From assembly GCA_037142195.1 (NCBI GenBank), contig JBAXBA010000097.1, positions 1 through 12,623 of the forward strand: DNA of 12,623 bases. The letters run 5' to 3'. The position numbers and the translations under genes were made by a program. The notes beneath the pieces are model-generated. The model made no database searches and was not told the DNA's origin. It worked only from the letters and a program-made list of their open reading frames with translations. The stretch comes from Pseudomonadota bacterium (GTDB lineage Bacteria > Bdellovibrionota_B > Oligoflexia > Oligoflexales > CAIMVM01). Below are positions 1 through 7,066 of the stretch, one piece after another (positions within the stretch are counted from its first letter, which is position 1; each line of letters begins with the position of its first letter).

Positions 1-76
1 ACCAGTTGTACCAGTTGTACCAGTTGTACCAGTTGTACCAGTTGTACCAGTTGTATCAGTTGTACCAGTTGTACCA
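1..76. repeat. 9-bp tandem repeat (ACCAGTTGT)x8 plus partial copy; encodes (Gly-Thr-Thr)n on the minus strand
   Basis: Units at 1-9, 10-18, 19-27, 28-36, 37-45, 46-54, 55-63 (variant ATCAGTTGT, Gly to Asp) and 64-72, then ACCA. The array reaches the window edge. Confidence 0.97.
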
Positions 77-453
77 TTGGACATACCTTCAGTGCCGGCT
101 GTTCCTCCTGTTCCTCCAGTTCCCGTTGCCCCAGTGGATATCCCTTCAGCGCCGCCTGTTCCTCCAGTACCATTTATTTTACTATCAGTTTTCGTTCCGC
201 CGATGCCCGTTTGATTTTCTTCTGAGTTTGTACTGACTGCACTATTATTTTTAGCGTTTTCCAAATCATCTGGATTTAATACTTCCTTATTAGATTCCCT
301 TGTTGCATCCTCACTTGCAGGAGCATTGAGCTTTTGAAGGTTCTCAGTAAACGACGGGGACTGTTTTGCACCACATCCGGTGATCCCCCCTAGTGGCGCT
401 GCCATTTCTACTAGCAAACACACATGACCAATACGAGTCATAAAAGTTGCCAT
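1..453 (-). CDS. Putative lipoprotein with Gly/Thr-rich repeat region (3'-truncated by window edge)
   Basis: Translated manually; not in the ORF track. Open frame from ATG at 453 (SD-like AAGGGG about 6 nt upstream) to position 1 with no stop: MATFMTRIGHVCLLVEMAAPLGGITG-C-GAKQSPSFTENLQKLNAPASEDATRESNKEVLNPDDLENAKNNSAVSTNSEENQTGIGGTKTDSKINGTGGTGGAEGISTGATGTGGTGGTAGTEGMSNG(TTG)n. Lipobox-like ITG-C (Cys27, codon 375-373) follows a moderately hydrophobic stretch. Alternative ATG at 441. Confidence 0.8.
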   Translation of the reverse strand, partial: MATFMTRIGHVCLLVEMAAPLGGITGCGAKQSPSFTENLQKLNAPASEDATRESNKEVLNPDDLENAKNNSAVSTNSEENQTGIGGTKTDSKINGTGGTGGAEGISTGATGTGGTGGTAGTEGMSNGTTGTTDTTGTTGTTGTTGTTGTTG

Positions 454-699
454 ATTCGTCCCCTTTTTCTCTAATATTAAGCATTGAGACTTCTCTTTGC
501 TTATATAGACCCACTTCGTCCACTACCTTTTCTTCTGTAGTTAATTTAAATGCAGTCGAAAAATCTATAATATTCATACACTTATGATTCTAGGTGGAAA
601 ATCTTTGGGTGTTGTAGTAATTCTGAAAGCTAAGATTTTGATTCCCTATGCCGCTGATTTCATTCATGATGCCCTTTTTGCCAGGTTAGGGATTTTCTC

Positions 700-1791
700 T
701 TGAGAATTGCAATAGATGCGAGAATGATTACAAGTGGTTCCATGCATGGAATTGCTCGGTATGTCTTCGAACTTATTATTCGCCTAAGCGTGATTGGCAA
801 GCATCACTCTTTTTTTATTTTTGTTAAGAAGAATAGTCCCTTATTTTTTGAAACTTGGCCCGCTCACATACAGCTCGTTGAGATGACCTCAAAATGGATT
901 AGCTTCGGTGAACAGCTAGAAATCCCAGCCGTGCTTAAACGAATGAAGATTGATCTATTTCATTCACCTTCGTTTGTGGCTCCCGTACTCTCGTCGGCTA
1001 AACTCATCATGACGATTCATGACTTAAATCATATTGTATTACCCCAATATTATACGCCTTTGCATCAAATTTACTATAACACTGTGGTACGTTACTCAAT
1101 AGCTAAGAGTAAATTCATTCTTACGGTATCTCATTTTTCAAAACAGGAAATAGTTTCGAATCTTGGCCTTAATCCGTCTAAGGTTTTTGTAACCTACAAT
1201 GGTGTGTCGAGTTCTTACCGTCGACAAACAGACGTTCAATATATGGACTATATAAGAGAAATATACGAACTGCCTGAAAGATTCATATTGTGCATTTCGA
1301 ACAATAAACCGCACAAAAATGTGCTGCAACTCGTTAGGGCCTACTGTCACTCAAATGTAGAAATACCCTTAGTCTTGGCCTGTCCTATTGATAAGGCTAT
1401 GATACACCTTGCTGAAATATATGGGAAAAAGCATTTAATCTATTTCATAAAATATGTCGAAGAAGCTCATCTACCAACTCTTTATTCTATGACAGAGTTG
1501 TTTGTATATCCTTCTACCTATGAGGGTTTTGGTCTGCCACCTTTAGAGGCCTTGGCATGTGAGTCGCCAGTTATGGTAGCAAGGTCCTCGAGCTTGCCTG
1601 AAGTCGTAGGAAAACATGCCATGTTTGCCAATCCCCATGACTACCAAGAAATGGCTCAAGTACTTGAAGAATCCATTGCTAATCTATCGCAACGCACAGA
1701 AATCATGGATGGCGCGTTGGCGCATGCCCTAAGCTTCAGTTGGGACAAAATGGCTCGCGAGACTTTGGAGGTTTATGAGCGCTGTATTTAA
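700..1791 (+). CDS. Glycosyltransferase family 4 (GT-B, MtfB/WbpY-like mannosyl/rhamnosyltransferase type)
   Basis: N-terminal MRIAIDAR...GIARY, DLFHSP, TIHDL, TVSHFSK, PHKN and [17 protein letters not shown] (E-x7-E) motifs, with an FSW C-terminal motif. TTG start with AGGGA upstream. Confidence 0.93.
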   Translation: MRIAIDARMITSGSMHGIARYVFELIIRLSVIGKHHSFFIFVKKNSPLFFETWPAHIQLVEMTSKWISFGEQLEIPAVLKRMKIDLFHSPSFVAPVLSSAKLIMTIHDLNHIVLPQYYTPLHQIYYNTVVRYSIAKSKFILTVSHFSKQEIVSNLGLNPSKVFVTYNGVSSSYRRQTDVQYMDYIREIYELPERFILCISNNKPHKNVLQLVRAYCHSNVEIPLVLACPIDKAMIHLAEIYGKKHLIYFIKYVEEAHLPTLYSMTELFVYPSTYEGFGLPPLEALACESPVMVARSSSLPEVVGKHAMFANPHDYQEMAQVLEESIANLSQRTEIMDGALAHALSFSWDKMARETLEVYERCI

Positions 1792-3031
1792 TAAACCTGT
1801 TCATATTCCTTCTTTACGGATTGGCATCAATGGCCGTTTTCTTGTCGCCAAACAAACCGGTGTACAAAGAGCTGCCTACAATTTATTGGTAAGCCTTTTA
1901 GAGATCGACAAGCAAAACACCTATATTATTTTTACCGGCGAAGAACAAAGTACCAATCCTGATTGGAAAAAGCCTAATGTTGAGATGGTTTATTCTAATA
2001 TTAAAAGCGGGGAAAACATAAAGAATCATCTGTGGGAACAATTTATTCTTCCTACACTTGCCTTAAATGCGAAAGTTGATTTACTCCATTCGCCGGCGAA
2101 CATGGCACCTCTGATGTTTAGAGGGAGATCCATTGTTAATATCCATGATTTATGTTTCATAGTTAATCCACAGTGGTACAGCTTTGCATTTCGAAGTCTA
2201 TATAGCCTGCTCATCCCAAAAATTGCCCGTTCGGCAAGTAGAGTGATTACTAATTCCAATAATTCACGAAATGATATTTTTCAATACTGTGGAATTGATT
2301 CCAATAAAGTCAACTTGATCTATTGGGCTGTCGATGAATCCTTTCGCGAAGGGGATTCTTCGTTTCATGCCACTTTAGCAAGCGATGATTTTATACTTTA
2401 TGTAGGCAGTTTGGAGCCCCGAAAAAACATCTCAAATCTCATTCTTGCTTATGAAAAATTCCGAGAGGAACATCCCTTAATTCATACAAAGCTCTGCCTC
2501 ATTGGCGGTGAAAACCCATTATTTGCTGCTGTAAAGCTCGAGGCAAAGCGATTTAAAGACGATATTTTCCTACTTGGCTATGTCGATGAGACCCTGCTTC
2601 GCTATTGCTACCGAAAAGCTCGCTGCGTCGTTTATCCGAGCCTTTACGAAGGATTTGGCCTGCCGCCTCTTGAGGCAATGGCCTGCGGAGCTCCTGTCAT
2701 AACCAGTTGTACAAGTTCACTGCCGGAGGTCGTTGGGAAAGCGGCCCTTCTCGTTAATCCCCTTGATATCAATCAAATCGCCGACGCAATGTATCAAGTC
2801 ATTTCAGACCCTAAGTTAGCTGAAAAGCTCTCTCAATTAGGATTAGAGCGGGTCAAGCAATTTAGCTGGTCTACGGTTGCACGACACACACTAAGCATCT
2901 ACTACGAAGTTGCGGGCGTAACCGGCCGAGATGAAAAAACAGGCCAAGCTATTTCCCCAAGCCTCTGGAAGTACTGGAAGCAAAAAGAACAAAAAAGTAT
3001 AAAAGTAGTACCAAAAAATGCAAGGAGCTAG
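1775..3031 (+). CDS. Glycosyltransferase family 4 (MtfB/WbpY-like), paralogue of the upstream gene
   Basis: RIGINGR...[48 protein letters not shown] and FSW motifs. GGAGG at 1767-1771. Overlaps the previous gene by 17 bp. Confidence 0.93.
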   Translation: MSAVFNKPVHIPSLRIGINGRFLVAKQTGVQRAAYNLLVSLLEIDKQNTYIIFTGEEQSTNPDWKKPNVEMVYSNIKSGENIKNHLWEQFILPTLALNAKVDLLHSPANMAPLMFRGRSIVNIHDLCFIVNPQWYSFAFRSLYSLLIPKIARSASRVITNSNNSRNDIFQYCGIDSNKVNLIYWAVDESFREGDSSFHATLASDDFILYVGSLEPRKNISNLILAYEKFREEHPLIHTKLCLIGGENPLFAAVKLEAKRFKDDIFLLGYVDETLLRYCYRKARCVVYPSLYEGFGLPPLEAMACGAPVITSCTSSLPEVVGKAALLVNPLDINQIADAMYQVISDPKLAEKLSQLGLERVKQFSWSTVARHTLSIYYEVAGVTGRDEKTGQAISPSLWKYWKQKEQKSIKVVPKNARS

Positions 3032-3036
3032 AACCC

Positions 3037-4422
3037 ATGGGACGAGACCGAATCAAAAGCCTACTAGTAAGTGGAACACCAGGCCGAGCCGCATCCATTG
3101 GCGGATGGGTCAGATCTAAACGGGTATCGAAATCATGCGCTTTTTTGGCCCTCAATGACGGTTCTTGTCACGGAACCATTCAAGTGGTCGTGGATGCCAA
3201 TTCACCAGAATTTTCTAAGTTAGAGCATGTCGGTACGGGAACCTCTCTTCGAATCAGAGGGCAGCTCGTTTCTTCGCCAGCAGAGGGACAAAGCGTAGAA
3301 CTTAACGCCGAGCATATTGAGGTTTTAGGCCTTGCCGGACCCGATTACCCATTGCAAAAAAAAGGTCATACTCTTGAATTCTTAAGAGATCATGCCCATT
3401 TAAGATCTCGAACCACCACGTTTGGCGCGATGTTTAGACTTAGAAACGTCTTGTCGAGATCCGTTCACGATTTTTTTCAATCAAGAGGTTTTTTATGGGC
3501 CCACTCACCCATTTTGACATCGACTGATGGGGAAGGTGCCGGCGAAATGTTTACGGTCACCCATTTCGATCTTAACAAGATACCAAAGCTTGAAAACGGC
3601 CAGATTGACTATGCCAAAGATTTTTTTGGCAAGCACGCCCATCTCTGCGTGACCGGCCAGCTAGAGGCCGAATTTATGGCTCTCTCCATGGGGGATGTCT
3701 ATACTTTTGGACCCACCTTTCGCGCTGAGAACTCAAATACCTCGCGCCATTTAGCGGAATTTTGGATGATCGAACCTGAAATGGCCTTTGCGGATCTTAA
3801 CGATAATATTGAGCTGGCTGGAGATTTCTTTCGTTTTATGCTTTCTGCAGCCCTAAAAGAGTGCCCCGAAGAACTTCAATTCTTTGAGACCTTCTATAAA
3901 AATATCAAAGTAGAAGAGCTGCGGGCCGTCGCCGATAAAAAACCGGCACGCGTCACTTATACAGATGCCGTCGACATTCTTCAAAAAAGTGGTCAATCTT
4001 TTGAATACAATGTGAAATGGGGAATGGACCTGCAATCTGAGCACGAACGTTTTTTATGTGAGAAAGTCTTCAAAAGCCCAGTTTTCGTAACTGACTACCC
4101 TAAAGACATCAAAGCATTTTATATGCGACTTAACCCTGATGAAAAAACCGTAGCCGCCACAGATTTTCTCGTGCCTGGCGTTGGAGAATTGATCGGGGGG
4201 AGCCAAAGAGAAGAACGCTTACCCCAACTAGAAGCCAGAATGGCAGAGTTAAAGATCCCTAAGGACGACCTCCAATGGTACTTGGATCTAAGACGCTTCG
4301 GCTCGGTTCCCCATGCGGGCTTTGGACTAGGCTTCGAAAGGATGCTTCTCTATTGCACAGGGATTGGGAATATTCGTGATACGATTCCTTGTCCAAGGGT
4401 GCCGGGGCTTATCTCTTTTTAG
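3037..4422 (+). CDS. asnS: Asparagine--tRNA ligase
   Basis: N-terminal OB fold (GWVRSKR, NDGS, QVV), YPLQKK, motif 2 GPTFRAENSNTSRHLAEFWMIEPEMAF, DLQSEHER, motif 3 GFGLGFER. AAGGAG at 3022-3027. Confidence 0.97.
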   Translation: MGRDRIKSLLVSGTPGRAASIGGWVRSKRVSKSCAFLALNDGSCHGTIQVVVDANSPEFSKLEHVGTGTSLRIRGQLVSSPAEGQSVELNAEHIEVLGLAGPDYPLQKKGHTLEFLRDHAHLRSRTTTFGAMFRLRNVLSRSVHDFFQSRGFLWAHSPILTSTDGEGAGEMFTVTHFDLNKIPKLENGQIDYAKDFFGKHAHLCVTGQLEAEFMALSMGDVYTFGPTFRAENSNTSRHLAEFWMIEPEMAFADLNDNIELAGDFFRFMLSAALKECPEELQFFETFYKNIKVEELRAVADKKPARVTYTDAVDILQKSGQSFEYNVKWGMDLQSEHERFLCEKVFKSPVFVTDYPKDIKAFYMRLNPDEKTVAATDFLVPGVGELIGGSQREERLPQLEARMAELKIPKDDLQWYLDLRRFGSVPHAGFGLGFERMLLYCTGIGNIRDTIPCPRVPGLISF

Positions 4423-4484
4423 GCGTCCTTCGATAAGGCCTTGTAATGAATAAAGTTTTGATTATATAGCTAGGAATTTAAAGG

Positions 4485-4631
4485 ATGGAAATTTTCAGTT
4501 GGCGCTGGGCTCCTAGGCCCAAGGTTTATACTCAGCCTTTCTGTATCCCTCGGGTTTATAATCTGAAAATCAGTTCTTTCTTCATTGACGAGGTGTTGCC
4601 TGCTGTGTATATTCCGAGCCTCAAAGAGTAG
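4485..4631 (+). CDS. Possible small ORF (48 aa) MEIFSWRWAPRPKVYTQPFCIPRVYNLKISSFFIDEVLPAVYIPSLKE
   Basis: ATG 4485 to TAG 4629-4631, with AGGA at 4472-4475. It is below the ORF-track size cutoff and overlaps the predicted rplM promoter, so it may be fortuitous. Confidence 0.2.
   Translation: MEIFSWRWAPRPKVYTQPFCIPRVYNLKISSFFIDEVLPAVYIPSLKE
4585..4620 (+). promoter_or_regulatory. Sigma70-type promoter for rplM-rpsI
   Basis: TTGACG (4585-4590), 17-bp spacer, TATATT (4608-4613), then a GC-rich discriminator CCGAGCC typical of stringently controlled ribosomal promoters. Confidence 0.65.
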
Positions 4632-4764
4632 CCTCTAGATTAAGGAGGTGCTTACGTTTCTTAGTTGCCTGCCCGGCTCTTCCACTCCGGCCTTGACGCT
4701 TAGAAGCATAGGAATGCTCTCGAGTTTTGCGCTAAGCGCCTTTTAAAATTGGAGTAAAGAAGAC
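4620..4764 (+). promoter_or_regulatory. Structured 5' leader of rplM (candidate L13 autoregulatory leader)
   Basis: Hairpin 4626-4653 (GAGT-a-GCCTCT / GGAGGT-GCTT). Stem CGCTTAG (4697-4703) / CTAAGCG (4732-4738) encloses the AGCAT-agga-ATGCT hairpin (4705-4718). rplM SD GGAG at 4751-4754. Confidence 0.4.
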
Positions 4765-5211
4765 ATGAAAACCTGCAAAATCACCGCTGCAGATATTAAG
4801 CAGAACTGGGTGGTAGTTGATGCCTCTGGGCAGACGCTTGGCCGTCTAGCTACAGAAATTGCTCGCGTTCTACGTGGCAAGCATAAGCCCACCTATAGCC
4901 CCCACATGGAGTGCGGAGACCACGTCGTTGTGGTAAACGCCGAAAAAGTACGGTTAACTGGTAAAAAGATGACCGACAAAATCTATTATAACCACTCGAC
5001 GTACATCGGAGGCTTAAAAGCTACCCGAGCTGAAGAGATGCTGGCAAAGCACCCTGATAGAGTGATCACATTTGCAGTCAAAGGTATGCTTCCAAAGAAT
5101 ACCCTAGGCCGTGAAATGGCCAAAAATCTTCGCGTCTACGCTGGAACTGAACACCCACATTCAGGCCAAAAGCCAGTAGCTATGGCTGCTCGCACGGCTA
5201 AGGGGAATTAA
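4765..5211 (+). CDS. rplM: 50S ribosomal protein uL13
   Basis: [47 protein letters not shown] and HPHSGQKP motifs. Confidence 0.99.
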   Translation: MKTCKITAADIKQNWVVVDASGQTLGRLATEIARVLRGKHKPTYSPHMECGDHVVVVNAEKVRLTGKKMTDKIYYNHSTYIGGLKATRAEEMLAKHPDRVITFAVKGMLPKNTLGREMAKNLRVYAGTEHPHSGQKPVAMAARTAKGN

Positions 5212-5213
5212 TC

Positions 5214-5606
5214 ATGGCACAAGCAACTACACACGCAGTCGGTAAACGTAAAACATCCATCGCACGAGTATGGCTAAAGCCAGGAAAAGGCGACGTTGTT
5301 ATCAATAAACGCGAGTTGGGCGACTATATGCTTCGTCCAACGGCTCGCATGATTATCAATCAGCCTTTTGAATTAACAGGAACTTCTGGAAAGTATGATG
5401 TTATCGTGAATGTAATTGGTGGAGGTCTTTCAGGACAAGCCGAAGCCATTCGCCATGGCATAACTAGAGCACTTTCCGTAATCGACGCTGATTTCCGCCT
5501 TGTTCTTAAGAAGGCAGGACTCATTACTCGCGATTCCAGGAAGAAAGAACGTAAGCTACCAGGACAGCCGTCTTCACGCGCACGCTTCCAGTTCTCCAAA
5601 CGTTAA
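5214..5606 (+). CDS. rpsI: 30S ribosomal protein uS9
   Basis: [29 protein letters not shown] and C-terminal QFSKR. Directly follows rplM. Confidence 0.99.
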   Translation: MAQATTHAVGKRKTSIARVWLKPGKGDVVINKRELGDYMLRPTARMIINQPFELTGTSGKYDVIVNVIGGGLSGQAEAIRHGITRALSVIDADFRLVLKKAGLITRDSRKKERKLPGQPSSRARFQFSKR

Positions 5607-5633
5607 AAATTGGTTCCGTATCCTTAGCATTCC

Positions 5634-5661
5634 AAAGACCACCCTCAAGGGTGGTCTTTTT
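5634..5661 (+). terminator. Rho-independent terminator of rplM-rpsI (possibly bidirectional)
   Basis: Perfect inverted repeat AAAGACCACCC-tcaa-GGGTGGTCTTT ending in a T run, 27 bp after the rpsI stop and between convergent genes. Confidence 0.88.
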
Positions 5662-5747
5662 ACATATACCCCAACACACAAAGCTTACCTTCGACTCTTT
5701 GCACTACCTGCTTTAGCGCTAGAAAATACGTTTCACAAACCGCAGCT

Positions 5748-6497
5748 CTAATCGGAAATTTTGGGTTTGAAAATTCGAGAGATCAGCGATCTTTTCACTT
5801 TCTTAGGCTTAGGATTTTGTAACTCCATAAGTCGAGCTCGCCTAATCTTTAGGTAATTCAGACGTTCTAGCCGCAACTTGCCCAGAGGGTGGATCTCCCA
5901 AGCAGGCAATGTTAAAGACAGCAAATTCAGCTGGCTCAAAGGTACTTTACCCCGCATCTCATTTCCGCGCATCTCAAGAAAATCTAGGTTATAAGTCCAA
6001 ACTTGCTTTGCCTGCATCTCAGAGTTGGCCTCAATAAAACTCAGAATATCTCCTTCGAGAATACCCACTTCTAAAATATCTGCGCCACTCATAATCAAGA
6101 CACCCGTCATCAAATAGCTTAGAGCTTCAGTGACTGAAGTAACTTCAGTTACTGAATTTAAATGGACCATGAGTCGACATGTGTTTAAGGGCTTATCTTC
6201 CGAAATAGCTTCTGCATAGCCAAGGATGAGACCAGCCTGTTGTAGGCTCCAAGCTCCCATAAAATAGGCCTGTCCAGACTTTAGCCTCCTTTGGAAAGGA
6301 GGATGACGGGATAGAGAAAGCTTGAAAAAAGAATCCGGCGCCGGGACTGCGGATCTACCAAAGCCTTCGGCTTCGACAATCCAACTTTCCTTGCCTGAAA
6401 TAAAAATCGACTCGACCCAAGGTGTAGAATTTGCCGAGCAGGGGGCGTCAGAAAGAACCATAATGATTTTCCCATGTTGTACTCTAACGATTATCAC
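5748..6497 (-). CDS. Hypothetical protein; possible degenerate GNAT (RimJ/RimL-like) fold with a basic/amphipathic C-terminal tail
   Basis: 249-aa ORF filling the gap between rpsI and the bactofilin gene. The likelier start is ATG at 6461 (MVLSDAPC), preceded by GGGA. The central segment LILGYAEAISED-x-NTCRLMVHL...TEALSYLM resembles the GNAT beta4-alpha3 pattern by eye only. Confidence 0.7.
   Translation of the reverse strand: MIIVRVQHGKIIMVLSDAPCSANSTPWVESIFISGKESWIVEAEGFGRSAVPAPDSFFKLSLSRHPPFQRRLKSGQAYFMGAWSLQQAGLILGYAEAISEDKPLNTCRLMVHLNSVTEVTSVTEALSYLMTGVLIMSGADILEVGILEGDILSFIEANSEMQAKQVWTYNLDFLEMRGNEMRGKVPLSQLNLLSLTLPAWEIHPLGKLRLERLNYLKIRRARLMELQNPKPKKVKRSLISRIFKPKISD
6126..6156. repeat. 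31-bp nested palindrome / 18-bp-period tandem duplication inside the hypothetical CDS
   Basis: TTCAGTGACTGAAGTAACTTCAGTTACTGAA: two TTCAGT-n-ACTGAA palindromes that together form a larger near-perfect inverted repeat. Encodes SVTEVTSVTE on the minus strand. Confidence 0.85.
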
Positions 6498-6548
6498 ACA
6501 ACCGGAAACTAGATAAAATGAATTAGTGACTTATTTTAGGGGAACAAA

Positions 6549-6995
6549 ATGAGCAAGAAAGAATCCAAGTCTTCTAAAAAAAAGCAAGATAATCCAGGGG
6601 TGAGCATTTTAACCTCTGACTGCCACTTCCATGGACGGATGATCTGTAAAGGAATCTCAAGGATTGGCGGGACGATTCATGGAGAGATCGAATCAGAAGG
6701 GGTCCTCATCATCGAAACCGGCGCCCATGTTGAAGCCGTGATCCAAGCAGATGAAGTCGTCGTTCAAGGAAGCTTAAAAGGACGGGTGAGTATTTCCAAT
6801 AGAATTGAATTTACATCTACAGGCACATTTACAGGCAAGCTTGAAACTCCCAATCTTTATGTCATAGATGGCGCTAAACTCAACGGGGAAATCGCGATGC
6901 AGAATGTTGCAGAGGCTAGGCGCGACGCAAAAGAAATTGAAAAGCTAGAACTGGAATCTATAAATTCCGAACCCAATATCGAATTTGAGAAGTAA
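6549..6995 (+). CDS. Bactofilin (polymer-forming cytoskeletal protein, CcmA/DUF583 family)
   Basis: Beta-helix pattern SIL-x4-FHG-x7-RIGG-x2-GEI-x4-LII-x2-GA-V-x2-I-A-x2-VVVQG-x2-KG-V...G-FTG-L-T-L-V-x2-GA-LNGEIAM, with charged tails. AGGGAA SD. Confidence 0.9.
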   Translation: MSKKESKSSKKKQDNPGVSILTSDCHFHGRMICKGISRIGGTIHGEIESEGVLIIETGAHVEAVIQADEVVVQGSLKGRVSISNRIEFTSTGTFTGKLETPNLYVIDGAKLNGEIAMQNVAEARRDAKEIEKLELESINSEPNIEFEK

Positions 6996-7066
6996 ACGGA
7001 CGATTTCCAACTTTTGATTTAAGTGCCTCTCGACCCGCATATACTTCCAGAATTCTTCTGTAAAAA

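Noticed and set aside
1..76. CRISPR array
   Set aside because: The 9-bp units are contiguous with no spacers, and there are no cas genes.
6..236. Plus-strand ORF (YQL)n, 76 aa
   Set aside because: It is a shadow of the 9-bp repeat. The minus-strand frame has an SD, signal peptide and lipobox and is far more plausible.
344..577. Minus-strand 77-aa ORF
   Set aside because: It overlaps the lipoprotein start in another frame, spans the AT-rich divergent promoter region and shows no recognisable motif.
631..657. Sigma28-like promoter TAAG-N15-GCCGCTGA upstream of the GT genes
   Set aside because: There are several mismatches to TAAA-N15-GCCGATAA, too weak to call without genome-wide context.
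4427..4438. Terminator after asnS
   Set aside because: Only a 4-bp CCTT/AAGG stem is present, with no convincing U-tract.
5500..5751. Plus-strand 83-aa ORF overlapping the rpsI end
   Set aside because: It is out of frame within rpsI and runs through the terminator.
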